DNA of 64,000 bases from Candidatus Binatus sp. (GTDB taxonomy: Bacteria; Desulfobacterota; Binatia; Binatales; Binataceae). This document shows, piece after piece, positions 27,061 to 37,330 of the stretch (positions are counted from its first letter, which is position 1; each line of letters opens with the position of its first letter). The stretch is taken from positions 1,365-65,364 of the forward strand of contig NZ_JAUSKL010000122.1 in the NCBI RefSeq assembly GCF_030646925.1. Direction: 5' to 3'. Made by a program: the position numbers and the translations under genes. The notes beneath the pieces were generated by a model. The model was not told the origin of the DNA, did no database searches, and worked only from the letters and a program-made list of their open reading frames with translations.

Positions 27061-28839
27061 TCACATTGCTGTGTCGTCCGAGGCTTTCACGATTTCGAGG
27101 GCGAAGGGTGCGCGAACCGATTTCTTGATCGCGGCGATCAGCACGGCCCTCTTGATCGGCTTGCTGAGGTGCACGTCGACCCCGACCTCAAGTGCCAGTC
27201 GGACATCCTCCTCCACCGCCGAGGCGGTAAGGGCGAAGATCGGCACCCGGGGCAGGCCGCGTTCCCGCTCCCAATCGCGAATCGTGCGGGTGGCCTCTAG
27301 CCCGTCCATCACCGGCATCTGTACATCCATGAGCACCAGATCGTAATTTCCAGCCTTCACCATGGTGACAGCGATCGCGCCATTTTCGGCGTCGTCCAGC
27401 CGATAACCCCGGTCCTTGAGGTAGGCGTGTATCAGCATACGATTGTCCTGCGAGTCGTCGGCCAGAAGGATATTCAGGTTAATAGCCGATGGTGTATTCG
27501 GAGCAACGGCCTGGGTCGCGGCGAATTCGGCGGTCTGCCCGGGTTCGGTGTTGAGACGGTCGGGACGAGCCGTATGATTGGCCATCGCCGTCCCGATCGC
27601 CGCGAACAGTTCGGTGCGGCGAACCGGTTTCACCAGGTATGCGTCGAGTCCCAACTCATGAGCGCGCGTAACCTGGAGCTGGAGGTCGTCCGACGACAGC
27701 ATCAGCACCGTCAAACCTCGATCCGGTCGCGCGTTGACCCGTTCAGCAACCTCAAATCCATCCATCCCGGGCATTCGGCAGTCGAGCAACATCAGCTGGT
27801 ACGGAGTCCCGCTTGCCCTGGCACGCTCGATTTGTTCGAGCGCGGTTGGCCCGTTGTCGGCTTCATCAACCTCCGCACCGCGAATCGAGAGCATCTCGCG
27901 CAGGATGAGCCGATTGGTGAAATTGTCGTCAACCACCAGTACGCGAACGCCGTTCAGCATCACGGTTGGGGTCGGGTTTCGTTCGACGGGGGCCTGCGGT
28001 TGAACCTGGAAGTGCGCGGTAAAATGAAAGATGCTCCCGCGCCCCAACTCGCTCTCGCCCCAGGCGCGACCCCCCATCAGCGCCGCCAGGCGTCGCACGA
28101 TCGTGAGCCCGAGCCCGCTCCCGCCGTACTGGCGCGTGATCGAAGAGTCCGCCTGGGTGAAAACGGAGAAGACCTCGTCGAGTTTGTCCTTTGCTATTCC
28201 GATGCCGGTGTCCGCTACCGAGAAATGAAGATGGCCGGGACCGGCCGACTCATGCTCAAGCTCGACGGTGAGCAGCACCTGACCATGCTCCGTGAATTTG
28301 ACCGAGTTGCCGATCAGATTGAGCAGGATCTGTCGGAGACGCAACGGATCGCCGATCAGTCCGATCGGGACATTGGGCATCACCTGTGCCAGCATCTCGA
28401 GTCCCTTTTGCTGCGCGCGAACGGCTAGGGTCTCGACCGCACCATCGACTACGCTTTCGAGATCGAAGCCGGCCTCTTCGAGCAACAGTCGGCCGCTCTC
28501 AATCCGTGCGAGGTCGAGGATTCCATTAATCAGGTCCAACAGCGCCGCGCCATTGTGGGTCATTATCTCGAGATATTTTTTCTGCTCGGGGTTGAGCGGG
28601 TTTTCTTCGAGCAATTCCGCCATCCCCAGAATCGCATTCATGGGAGTGCGAATCTCGTGCGACATACTCGACAGAAATTCGGATTTGGCTTTGGACGCCG
28701 CCAGCGCCGCCGCAAGCGCTCCCTCGATCCGCTCCGACTGCTCAGTCACGGTGCGTTCTTCAGCCTCGAGCAACTCCTCCAAGGCGTGAACGCGCGATTC
28801 GAGCTGACGAAGGTAGCTTTGGGCCCCATCCTCAGGCAT
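27061..28839 (-). CDS. hybrid histidine kinase (coiled coil - HisKA - HATPase - REC - REC) with no recognisable sensor domain
   Basis: H-box [19 protein letters not shown]-boxes [10 protein letters not shown], two receivers (VLVVDDN...[11 protein letters not shown] and ILLADDS...[12 protein letters not shown]). Confidence 0.85.
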   Translation of the reverse strand: MPEDGAQSYLRQLESRVHALEELLEAEERTVTEQSERIEGALAAALAASKAKSEFLSSMSHEIRTPMNAILGMAELLEENPLNPEQKKYLEIMTHNGAALLDLINGILDLARIESGRLLLEEAGFDLESVVDGAVETLAVRAQQKGLEMLAQVMPNVPIGLIGDPLRLRQILLNLIGNSVKFTEHGQVLLTVELEHESAGPGHLHFSVADTGIGIAKDKLDEVFSVFTQADSSITRQYGGSGLGLTIVRRLAALMGGRAWGESELGRGSIFHFTAHFQVQPQAPVERNPTPTVMLNGVRVLVVDDNFTNRLILREMLSIRGAEVDEADNGPTALEQIERARASGTPYQLMLLDCRMPGMDGFEVAERVNARPDRGLTVLMLSSDDLQLQVTRAHELGLDAYLVKPVRRTELFAAIGTAMANHTARPDRLNTEPGQTAEFAATQAVAPNTPSAINLNILLADDSQDNRMLIHAYLKDRGYRLDDAENGAIAVTMVKAGNYDLVLMDVQMPVMDGLEATRTIRDWERERGLPRVPIFALTASAVEEDVRLALEVGVDVHLSKPIKRAVLIAAIKKSVRAPFALEIVKASDDTAM

Positions 28840-28884
28840 ACGGCGGTGTTCTTCTCCGTCCTTCCATGCTTCCTCTGCCGGCCG

Positions 28885-29622
28885 TTACCCGGCGAAGATC
28901 GGTCCTTCAACGAAGGGCAGAATAGCCAGTTTCACGTTGAGCGCTACCGTTCGGAACATCTCGGCGGTCGACGCTGGGATCGGCACTTTTGCGAACATGA
29001 TCACGGCAAAAAAGTTTCCCTCGGGCAATACTCCGCCGAAACCTAGGACGGACTCGACATGATTCGGTACCACGAAATCCTTTTGGGCCGGAATGTATAG
29101 ACTGTCCTTCGCGGGTTCAACATAAAACACGTTGTATGTTTTTCGGTCCATCTCTTTGATGATTTCGGGCTTCGGCTCCAGGAGGATATTCACTTCGAGA
29201 CCGAATTGCCTGACCAACTGGGCGATCATCGGAACTTGTTCAAGCGCGTGCAGGCTCGGCAGCGGAATTGCTCGGTGGTGGCGTGACTCTTGAGGATGAT
29301 TCCACTCCGGTCGATCGCCGGCGGTGCCGAGCAGCGTTAAGCACTTGACTGCAGACCCCAACGAAACGCCGGGCATCATCGAACGGCTAAACTCCTGCAA
29401 CTGCGGCCCGAGGTCGCCGTAAGGATGCGTCTTGAAGAATCGTACCAGAACACAACAGCGTTGACCCGAGTCGGAATAACCAAGCCGTTCATAGAGATAG
29501 CGGACAATCCCGACTGCGGCCTGCTCCATGCTCTTTGATTCCGAACCAAATCGCCGCAACTCGGCGCCGCAGCGGGTCATATCAGCAAGCGTGAATCGCT
29601 TCAGATCATACATCTCAGACAT
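28885..29622 (-). CDS. uncharacterised 245-aa soluble protein, putative input partner of the kinase
   Basis: Clean ORF 46 nt upstream of the kinase. No family recognised. Confidence 0.5.
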   Translation of the reverse strand: MSEMYDLKRFTLADMTRCGAELRRFGSESKSMEQAAVGIVRYLYERLGYSDSGQRCCVLVRFFKTHPYGDLGPQLQEFSRSMMPGVSLGSAVKCLTLLGTAGDRPEWNHPQESRHHRAIPLPSLHALEQVPMIAQLVRQFGLEVNILLEPKPEIIKEMDRKTYNVFYVEPAKDSLYIPAQKDFVVPNHVESVLGFGGVLPEGNFFAVIMFAKVPIPASTAEMFRTVALNVKLAILPFVEGPIFAG

Positions 29623-29957
29623 TGCCGAATCCCTTCACGAACGTCGATCCGGATGGCGCCAAGTAGCCGGCAAACAGATCCAGCAGGCCCGGACGATACG
29701 TGCTGATACCCCAGGGCGGCGCAGCAACTTCGATGCCGCTATAAAATCTCGCTCGACTGCTGGCTAATCTGACGCGGCGGTTTCCGCATCCATGGCTGGA
29801 TCGAGCGATGGGCGTACGAGTCCGCTACAGTTTCCAGACGATTGTCCCAATTCGCATCACTGTTCGCGGGTCTGCCCGATAAGGATGAGAGAGCCGAATC
29901 GGATTCATTGATGTCCGAGGCGGCATCCGATTGCCGCACGAAGACGGATTCTTGGCG

Positions 29958-30018
29958 CTGCGATGCAGCGTTTTCTGCGATCGCTACAACGCTACATCCG
30001 CCACGTCGCCGTCGAGCA
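29958..30018. repeat. 61-bp direct repeat, copy 2
   Basis: tgcgatgcagcgttttctgcgatcgctacaacgctacatccgccacgtcgccgtcgagcac. Confidence 0.85.
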
Positions 30019-30211
30019 CCGCGGCTCTGGGCTCATCTTCAAGGACTACGAGTGAGCGTCGCTTACGGAAATCAATCCGGATCGCGTTCGAACTTCGCGA
30101 ATTCCGCATTTACCCGCATGCTTTCCTTGCGGACCTTCATCGACGCTCGTTTGAGGCGTGCCGCTCTTGCCCGGCGAATGCCCTCAGCCTTGGAGATCCT
30201 TCGCGCCATGA

Positions 30212-31489
30212 TTACGGATTTTCGGCGGGGCCGGCAGGAGCGCCCGCTTCCGGAATCAAAATGAAGCTGTGCTGGCGGGGCGAGTAGAATTCCACCGACG
30301 ACGTGATCTTCGAGTTGGCGTCGATTCCGCCCGCGACCAGCACCTCGCCGTCGGGCAGCAACGTCGCGGTATTCTCGAGCCGCCCGACATTCGTCGGACC
30401 GGGGCTCGAGAACTGGTTGGTGCGATCCATATAGACTTCCGTCGCCGTCATCCCAACGACGGTCGGACCCTGCTGCTTCCATCCGCCCACTACCAGCACC
30501 TCGCCATCGTCGAGCTTGGTCGCAGTCGGCAGGTAGTGCGCCGCTCCCATCTGCCCGGTCGGCACGAAGCGGCGCGCCTCGGGATCGTACGTCTCGGCGG
30601 TGTTCAGCGGAGTCAGTCCAGCGATATTGCCGATGAAGCCCGCCATCAACATCTGCCCGCTCTTGCCGCCCACGATCAGCGCGCGCCCGTCGCTCAGCAG
30701 CACTGACGCCGCGCCGACGCGGGCATTCACCATGTGCGCGCGCAGCATCCCGAAGCCGCCGGTGATCGGTTCGAAGATTTCCGCGGTGTCGTAAGCGATG
30801 TATCCGCCGGGACGGTCGCCGCGTCCGCCGCCTGCGATCAGCACCTTGCCGTCGAGCAGCATCGTCGCGGTGTGCGCGATTCGCGGTTGATTGAGATGTC
30901 CCGCGCCTGTGAACGCGCCACTGGCCGGCACGTAAACTTCCGCCGAATCCAGCGTATGCGTGCCGTTATCGCTGCCGCCGACCACCAGCACGCGCCCGTC
31001 GCGCAGCAGCGTCGCCGTATGCCCTTCGCGTGGTATCGACATCGAACCGGTCGCGGTAAAAGTTCCGCTCGATGGATCGAAAATCTCGGCGCTCGCAAGC
31101 TCCGAGCGGAAACCGATATTCTGCGCGCCGCCAGTTAGCAGCACGCGCCCATCCTGGAGCATCGTGATCGTCTGGCCCTCGCGCGGCGCGGTCATGTTGC
31201 CGGTGGGTGAGAAAGTCTGCGTCGATGGATCGTAAATCTCGGCGCTCGAGAGCACGCCGCCAATGGTGCCGGTCGCGTTGCCGCCGCAGATGAGCACGCG
31301 GCCGTCGCGGAGCCGAATCGCGGCCGCGTCGGCGCGCGGAGTGCTCATCGCGAGCGCCGCGACGTGCACCCCTTGCGGCGTCGTCGTGTAAACCGGCTCT
31401 TCGGAAATGTTCGATCCGCCGCAACCGCCGAGCGCGATCGCCAAGGCAGACGCGAATAAACTCGCCGCGAGCAGAATTCTGCGCATCAT
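30212..31489 (-). CDS. Kelch-repeat beta-propeller lipoprotein
   Basis: Signal plus lipobox (LAIALGGCGG). Repeated DGRVL(I/V)xGG blades. Confidence 0.75.
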   Translation of the reverse strand: MMRRILLAASLFASALAIALGGCGGSNISEEPVYTTTPQGVHVAALAMSTPRADAAAIRLRDGRVLICGGNATGTIGGVLSSAEIYDPSTQTFSPTGNMTAPREGQTITMLQDGRVLLTGGAQNIGFRSELASAEIFDPSSGTFTATGSMSIPREGHTATLLRDGRVLVVGGSDNGTHTLDSAEVYVPASGAFTGAGHLNQPRIAHTATMLLDGKVLIAGGGRGDRPGGYIAYDTAEIFEPITGGFGMLRAHMVNARVGAASVLLSDGRALIVGGKSGQMLMAGFIGNIAGLTPLNTAETYDPEARRFVPTGQMGAAHYLPTATKLDDGEVLVVGGWKQQGPTVVGMTATEVYMDRTNQFSSPGPTNVGRLENTATLLPDGEVLVAGGIDANSKITSSVEFYSPRQHSFILIPEAGAPAGPAENP

Positions 31490-31507
31490 CCCTGGGAACA
31501 GGATGAT

Positions 31508-31840
31508 CTAGTGCTGAGTGCTTTCGCTAAGAGCCGCCTTCACCATCGGCTCGAGCTCGCCGCTCTCATGCAGCTCGCGGATGATATCGCAGCCGCCGAC
31601 GAACTTGCCGTTGATATACACCTGCGGGATCGTCGGCCAGTTGCTGTAGCTCTTGATCCCGTCGCGCAGATCCGGATCGCTCAGCACGTCGGCAGTTTCG
31701 TAGTCCACGCCGAGCTCGTCGAATATCTGCACGGTCGCGGCCGAGAAGCCGCACTGCGGGAAGCTCCGCGTGCCCTTCATGAAAATCATGATCTTGTTCT
31801 GTTTAACGTCCGCTTCGATCTGCTTGAAGATGTCCGACAT
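31508..31840 (-). CDS. grxD: monothiol (CGFS) glutaredoxin Grx4/GrxD
   Basis: 110 aa, with the PQCGFS active site. Confidence 0.9.
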   Translation of the reverse strand: MSDIFKQIEADVKQNKIMIFMKGTRSFPQCGFSAATVQIFDELGVDYETADVLSDPDLRDGIKSYSNWPTIPQVYINGKFVGGCDIIRELHESGELEPMVKAALSESTQH

Positions 31841-31843
31841 TTT

Positions 31844-32089
31844 TTACCTCCGGTTCTGATGCTGCGCCGGTGTCAGAGTTTTGAGCGTCAGCGCGTGGAC
31901 CTGCACGCGCATCGCGTCGCCCAGCGCCTGATAAACCAGTTGATGCCGCTCGACGAGCCCCTTGCCCTCGAAGCTCGGACTCACGACAATCGCCTCGAAA
32001 TGATCCCCGCCGCCGGTGTAGTCGCGCACTTCGACCTGGGCATCAGGAATCCCGCGCGCGATCATTTCTTCGATTGTTTTCGGATCCAT
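31844..32089 (-). CDS. bolA: BolA family protein
   Basis: 81 aa. GGGDHFEAIVVSPSFEGKGLVERHQLVY. Conserved pairing with grxD. Confidence 0.85.
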   Translation of the reverse strand: MDPKTIEEMIARGIPDAQVEVRDYTGGGDHFEAIVVSPSFEGKGLVERHQLVYQALGDAMRVQVHALTLKTLTPAQHQNRR

Positions 32090-32137
32090 ACTTGAGGAGC
32101 GATACTATCCCGTCTGCGATAGCCGAATCCACTATCG

Positions 32138-32797
32138 CTAAAGGTCCGCGACGTGGCCGCTCTTGTCGCCGCCGTCGAGCAGCAGCATCGTGTTCTTGCT
32201 GATCTCGCCGCTTCGTCCGGCGCCCAGAATTCGCGCGACGATTTTGCCGTCCTTATCGACGAACAGCGTGGTCGGAATCGCCTCGACGCCGAGGCCATCG
32301 AGCAGCGCCTGGTCGGCCAGCGCGATCGGATAGTCGATCTGAAATTCCTCGACAAACGGCTCGACACTCTGCAAGCCGCGGCCTTCAATCATGTCGCACG
32401 AAATGCCCAGCACCACCAGTCCGCGCGACTTGTTGTACTTCTTGTACAGCGTGTTCAGCTCCGGAATTTGGCGGCGGCACGGCGAGCACCACGTCGCCCA
32501 GAAATCGACGATCACCGGATGCCCGCGGTACTGGCTGAGATTGATCTTGCCGCCGCTGAGACTCTGCGTCGTGAAGTTGAGGCCGTCATCGCGATGCTTT
32601 GCGCTCGCGGAGTCGGGTACTGCGGGCGGCGGGTTTTTTTCGTCCAGCGACGATCCCGATTGATCGCCCGGCGACGATTTCGCCAGCGGTATCTCCACCA
32701 GCGCCTGCGGTTGAGGGGCTTCATTCCTCGGAAAAAAGTACGCCGCCACGACTGCGACTATCGCCACCACCACCAGAATCCGAAACGATCGAATCAC
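32138..32797 (-). CDS. TlpA/ResA-like membrane-anchored thiol:disulfide oxidoreductase
   Basis: N-terminal TM anchor; WATWCSPC active site. Confidence 0.8.
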   Translation of the reverse strand: MIRSFRILVVVAIVAVVAAYFFPRNEAPQPQALVEIPLAKSSPGDQSGSSLDEKNPPPAVPDSASAKHRDDGLNFTTQSLSGGKINLSQYRGHPVIVDFWATWCSPCRRQIPELNTLYKKYNKSRGLVVLGISCDMIEGRGLQSVEPFVEEFQIDYPIALADQALLDGLGVEAIPTTLFVDKDGKIVARILGAGRSGEISKNTMLLLDGGDKSGHVADL

Positions 32798-32881
32798 TAT
32801 TTTATTGCCTCCCCGATTTGATCGCGTGGCGATGCATCACCAGACTGCCTGATGCGCGCGCGATCCGGCTACGTCCAAGCA

Positions 32882-34078
32882 TCATATGATACTCCGGCGG
32901 CGCAGCTCGGAAAGCCGCAAAGAGTCGTAGCCCAGAATCGATTCAAGCACTTCGTCGGTGCTCTCGCCGAGGCTCGGCGCCCGCGTCGGGGGCGTCGCAT
33001 CGCCGCCAGCAGTCTTGAGCGGAGAGCCCGGCACGATCAGTCCGCTGAAGTCGGGATGCTCCGCGTGGAGAATCATGTTGCGCGCCTCGAGATGAGGATT
33101 GCGGCTGACTTCCTGCACGTTCGCGATCGGCGCGCATGGCACCGACGCGTCGCCCAGCAGCCTCAGCCAGTGCGCCCGCGGCATCGTCGCGAAATGCTCC
33201 GCCAGAATCGCTTCGAGCGCGCCGTGATTCGCGGTCCGCTCGGCGTTGGTCTTGAATAGTGGATTGTCGCTCAGTTCCGGCTTGGAAATCGCGTCGCAGA
33301 ACCGCAGCCAGATCGACTCGTTACCCGCGCCCATCACGAAGTAGTCGTCCGCTGCGCGAAACTGCTGAAACGGCGTGATCGACGGATGCCGCGTGCCGAG
33401 CCGCTCCGGAATCCGGCCCGAGACCGAGTACCGCGCCAGCGCATCCTCGAGCATCGCGACCTGGCAATCGAGCATCGCAATATCCAGATGACAGCCCACC
33501 CCGTCGCGGTCCCGCACCCGCAATGCCGACACGATCGCGATCACGCCATATAGCGCTGCCGACAGATCGCCCACCGACACCCCGCAGCGTCCCGGCTCGC
33601 CGCCCGGGCTGCCGGTGATACTCATCGTGCCGCCGAGCGCCTGCGCCACGATATCGTAGGCCGGCGCCGCCGACATCGGCCCGGTCTGCCCGAAGCCTGA
33701 AATCGAGCACAGAATTATTTTCGGGTTCGCGGCTTTGAGCCGCTCGTAGCCGATCGCAAAACGGTCCATCGTGCCGGGCGAGAAATTCTCAACTACTACA
33801 TCAGATTTCGCTGCGAGCTCGAGAAAAATCGCGGCGCCGTCCGCCGTCCTCAAATCGATCGTCACCGACCGCTTGCCCCGATTCACGCTGTAAAAATAGC
33901 CCGAGTCGCCCGACGGCATGATCGGCGCGAAACTCCGCGCGTCGTCGCCGCGCCCCGGCACCTCGATTTTGATCACGTCGGCGCCAAGATCCGCGAGGTT
34001 CATCGTGCAGAACGGCCCCGCGAGCACGCGCGTGAGATCGAGAATCCGCACGCCGTTCAGCGGCTTTTGAGCAATCAT
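32882..34078 (-). CDS. family III CoA-transferase (CaiB/BaiF)
   Basis: LNGVRILDLTRVLAGPFCTMNLADLGADVIKIE. Confidence 0.85.
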   Translation of the reverse strand: MIAQKPLNGVRILDLTRVLAGPFCTMNLADLGADVIKIEVPGRGDDARSFAPIMPSGDSGYFYSVNRGKRSVTIDLRTADGAAIFLELAAKSDVVVENFSPGTMDRFAIGYERLKAANPKIILCSISGFGQTGPMSAAPAYDIVAQALGGTMSITGSPGGEPGRCGVSVGDLSAALYGVIAIVSALRVRDRDGVGCHLDIAMLDCQVAMLEDALARYSVSGRIPERLGTRHPSITPFQQFRAADDYFVMGAGNESIWLRFCDAISKPELSDNPLFKTNAERTANHGALEAILAEHFATMPRAHWLRLLGDASVPCAPIANVQEVSRNPHLEARNMILHAEHPDFSGLIVPGSPLKTAGGDATPPTRAPSLGESTDEVLESILGYDSLRLSELRRRSII

Positions 34079-34192
34079 GTTTGCATTCCTTCGATTGAAT
34101 CCGCGTTGGGGCTCGGCCGCAAAAGCTAATCCATTACTTTAAGTGGATAACGCTTTCACTCCGCAGGCGTTTGACGCATCGTAGCTGACCGG

Positions 34193-34678
34193 ATGAACCA
34201 ACAAAATCGATCAATGGACGCCGCTCCCGAAATCCGAATCAGAAAAGCGCGCGAATCCGACCTGCCGGAATTGATTCGGCTCTACGAGCAGCTTCACCTG
34301 GGCGATTATAGCTACCGGCCTCCGTCACTCCGCGAGATGCGCACTGCATTTCGCGCGATTGCACGCGACCGCGCGCATCACCTGCTCGTCGCGACACTCG
34401 ACAGTCACGTCGTCGGCACTTTGCACGTGCTGATTTTTCGGCACCTCGGCCACGGCCTGCATCCCGTCGCGATCGTCGAGAATGTCGTGGTGCTCGACAC
34501 GATGCGCTCGCAGCGAATCGGCGAGCAATTGATCGACGAAGCGGCGCGAATCGCCGAGCGCAATCGATGCTACAAATTATCGCTCACGACCAATCTCAAA
34601 AGGCGCCACGCCCATCGATTCTACGAGCGCCTCGGCTGGAGCAAAACTCACTTCGGCTATTCATTCAGTTTGGATTAG
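34193..34678 (+). CDS. GNAT N-acetyltransferase
   Basis: 161 aa. The RSQRIGEQLIDEA motif-A region and C-terminal FYERLGW. Confidence 0.8.
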   Translation: MNQQNRSMDAAPEIRIRKARESDLPELIRLYEQLHLGDYSYRPPSLREMRTAFRAIARDRAHHLLVATLDSHVVGTLHVLIFRHLGHGLHPVAIVENVVVLDTMRSQRIGEQLIDEAARIAERNRCYKLSLTTNLKRRHAHRFYERLGWSKTHFGYSFSLD

Positions 34679-34704
34679 AGGCGCGTCGCAACTTCATCCC
34701 GCCG

Positions 34705-35886
34705 CTAGCGGCGGTGCAGCCGCGATGCTTCCCGCGCGCGCATCGCCTCGGCCGGAGTCATGATCAGCCGCGGCTCGTCCGCGACTTTTTGCTGCTCTTC
34801 CGCCGCCAGCGCGCCGAGTTGCGCGCGCAGCAGCGCCTGAAAAAACGCAACTTGCTTCAGGTCCGCGCCGGCGCGGATTTTCGCCGCCGCCGCCGCCGCC
34901 CATCCGGCCGCGACGCGCCGACCATCCCGCGCCATGTAGTACGCGATATCCTCGAGCCGCCGCCGCAGCCGATGCGCGTTTTCACCCGCCAGCAATTCGC
35001 CCATCGCGCGCTCGAGCACGATATTGACGCGCTCCTGCTTCTGAATCGCGCTCAGCACGATCACGCTTTCGCCGAGCTGGTTGATTTCATCGACGTACGG
35101 CTTGATCAGCGACGCGGGCAGCCGCCATTCCTGGATTTCCGGCTCCTTCATCAGCTCGATCGAAGGCTCGCGTGAAATCTCCTCGGCGAACTCCGCGTAA
35201 ACCGGATGCTCGAATTCTTGCGCCGGCGGAGTACCAATCATCTCCGCCCGCAGCGTCATGAAATTGCCGACCTGCCCGCGGCGCTTCTCCGGCGTGTTGC
35301 GATACGCCTCACAGATGATGAAATCCGCCAGCCGCCAATCCGCCTCGACCAGCTTCATCCGCGCGCGCGCTTCCAGTTGCTCGCGTTCGTTCCTGAGTTC
35401 GCGCCGCGTGAGGCCGGTGTTCTGCGCGCCGACCAGTCCATCCGCTTCGGATATCAGCGCCCACATCCGCAGGATGCCGCCCTGCATCCGCGGCTTCATC
35501 AGCCACACGATTCGCGCGCCTTCCGGATCGATCGGAGACAGCAGCGCAGTGATCGACGACGCTGTCGCCTGAGTCCCGCTCACAATCGGCGCGTCGATCG
35601 TCGCCGGCGGTTCGATTCCGTGCTGCTTCAGGCGAAACAGCGCGCGCCGGATCTCGCGTCGGAGCGCTCCCGCCGCGCCCGGTTCCATTTCCGTGAGCAT
35701 CGCGGCTGCGCCGGCGTTGGTGATGCGCCCCAGCGCACGCGCGATCGCCGCGTCCGTGATATTCGGCGTGCCCCGCAGTTCGCGGAGTCGCGCGACTGCG
35801 TCGGCCGGCGCCGACGACGGATCGAAACCCGCCGTGGTCAGCGCCGCGTCGTCCCGATCGATTTCATTTTCTTTTGGATGAGCCAA
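34705..35886 (-). CDS. conserved-looking hypothetical protein
   Basis: 393-aa ORF with protein-like composition. No family recognised. Confidence 0.45.
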   Translation of the reverse strand: MAHPKENEIDRDDAALTTAGFDPSSAPADAVARLRELRGTPNITDAAIARALGRITNAGAAAMLTEMEPGAAGALRREIRRALFRLKQHGIEPPATIDAPIVSGTQATASSITALLSPIDPEGARIVWLMKPRMQGGILRMWALISEADGLVGAQNTGLTRRELRNEREQLEARARMKLVEADWRLADFIICEAYRNTPEKRRGQVGNFMTLRAEMIGTPPAQEFEHPVYAEFAEEISREPSIELMKEPEIQEWRLPASLIKPYVDEINQLGESVIVLSAIQKQERVNIVLERAMGELLAGENAHRLRRRLEDIAYYMARDGRRVAAGWAAAAAAKIRAGADLKQVAFFQALLRAQLGALAAEEQQKVADEPRLIMTPAEAMRAREASRLHRR

Positions 35887-36047
35887 TTTTATTCGATGCT
35901 ATCGGTTGAATTGCGAGACGCCGCGCGCAGAAATTCGTTCTCGATGTCGTCGCAAACTATGCGCCCGCTTCCTGACCTGTCAAGTTTCTCACGGCCGCGC
36001 CGCGCCAATCCACCGATTGAATTTAGATCGATGAGCGATTTCCAATC

Positions 36048-36554
36048 ATGAAAAATCTCGAAGCCAAGTTTCGTCTCGCCGATCTCGAAATCGCCCGCGA
36101 ATCGGCTCTCTCGCTCGGGTACACGGAGCGCGCGACGCTTACCCAGCGCGATACGTTTTTTCGCGTCAATCGCGGCAAACTCAAGCTGCGCGAGGAAAAC
36201 GGAACCGCCGTCCTCATCTACTATAATCGCGGCGAGAGCGGCCCCCTGATGCTGAGTAATTACGAAATCGTCAAGGTCATCGAACCTGCACCGATGCTCG
36301 CGATGATGACCGCGGCGCTCGGCACGATCGCCGTCGTCGAGAAAGAGCGAGCCCTTCTGATGCGCGATAACGTCCGCTTCCATCTCGATCGCGTAGCTAC
36401 GCTCGGAAACTTCGGCGAGATCGAAGCAGTGATCCCCGACGGCGATGATCCCGAGCACAGCCGCGGCGCCGCCAATGAACTGCTCGCAGCGCTCGCGATC
36501 GCTGCGGCAGATCTGATCGAGGTTTCATATTTCGAGATGCTCGCGCGGCCATAG
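36048..36554 (+). CDS. CYTH-domain protein / class IV adenylyl cyclase (CyaB-like)
   Basis: MKNLEAKFRL ... RDTFF ... GKLKLREE is typical of the CYTH N-terminus. Confidence 0.75.
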   Translation: MKNLEAKFRLADLEIARESALSLGYTERATLTQRDTFFRVNRGKLKLREENGTAVLIYYNRGESGPLMLSNYEIVKVIEPAPMLAMMTAALGTIAVVEKERALLMRDNVRFHLDRVATLGNFGEIEAVIPDGDDPEHSRGAANELLAALAIAAADLIEVSYFEMLARP

Positions 36555-36604
36555 CTGCGGAAGCGGTCGTTAGTAGCTTCTGCGATCGAGGCAGGCGATG
36601 CGCA

Positions 36605-37204
36605 CTACAGGGATTTGCCGTCGAGGATGTCGAGCAGGTTCATCGTGATGCGGAGCGTCAGCCCCCAGATAGTCTGGCCGCCGTAAAGGATCGCCGGGAA
36701 TTTCGATTTGCGGCCGTCGGCGCCCCATTCGTATTCGCCGCGAAATTGCGGCCCGCGCAGCGCGCTCAGCGGGACATCGAAAATCTCGGCCACTTCGCGA
36801 CGGTCGGCTTCGAGCTTCGCATCCCGCGGAATCACGCCGACAAACGGCGCGACCGAAATCCCGCTCGCCATCGTATTCATCAGCGGCAGCGCGCCGATTA
36901 CCTCGACCAAAGTAGGATGGAGCCCCACCTCTTCGTGCGCCTCGCGCAGCGCCGTGTCGACCAGCGCATTGTCCACCGGATCGACGCGTCCGCCCGGAAA
37001 CGCGACCTGCCCGCGATGACTCGCGACCTCATCCGAGCGCCGGATGAAAATCAGGTGCAGCTCACGCTCGCGCTCGAACAGCGGCACCAGCACCGCCGCC
37101 GCGTTGTTCCGATTGGCGAGCGCTTCGCGCGGCGCCGGCTCGATTCCCACCAGCTTCAGCCGAATCTGCTCGATGTGTCGTTCGAATTGAGTCGCGTCGC
37201 TCAT
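36605..37204 (-). CDS. NUDIX hydrolase (CoA pyrophosphatase-like)
   Basis: Nudix box GGRVDPVDNALVDTALREAHEEVGL. Start taken at MSDATQF, an internal ATG of track ORF 36605..37402. Confidence 0.8.
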   Translation of the reverse strand: MSDATQFERHIEQIRLKLVGIEPAPREALANRNNAAAVLVPLFERERELHLIFIRRSDEVASHRGQVAFPGGRVDPVDNALVDTALREAHEEVGLHPTLVEVIGALPLMNTMASGISVAPFVGVIPRDAKLEADRREVAEIFDVPLSALRGPQFRGEYEWGADGRKSKFPAILYGGQTIWGLTLRITMNLLDILDGKSL

Positions 37205-37330
37205 CGTCGCTTCGTAGTTGAACACAGATGGCCAAGCATTATCCACTGCTATCGACATCCCGAGCGAGGCTGCGTTTCTGTATCGCCGATCGATCGGATA
37301 ACCTGTGGCGAGCGCGCTCGCGCAATCCGC

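Larger units (their letters stand above)
27060..29957. mobile_element. repeat-bounded cassette: 245-aa unknown protein plus hybrid histidine kinase
   Basis: Exactly bracketed by the 61-bp repeats. No recombinase. The mobile nature is an inference. Confidence 0.35.

Noticed and set aside
36746-37330. N-terminal 195 codons of track ORF 36746..38536
   Set aside because: They overlap the NUDIX gene on the opposite strand and read as Arg-rich junk. ThiI-like sequence begins at ATG 37331.
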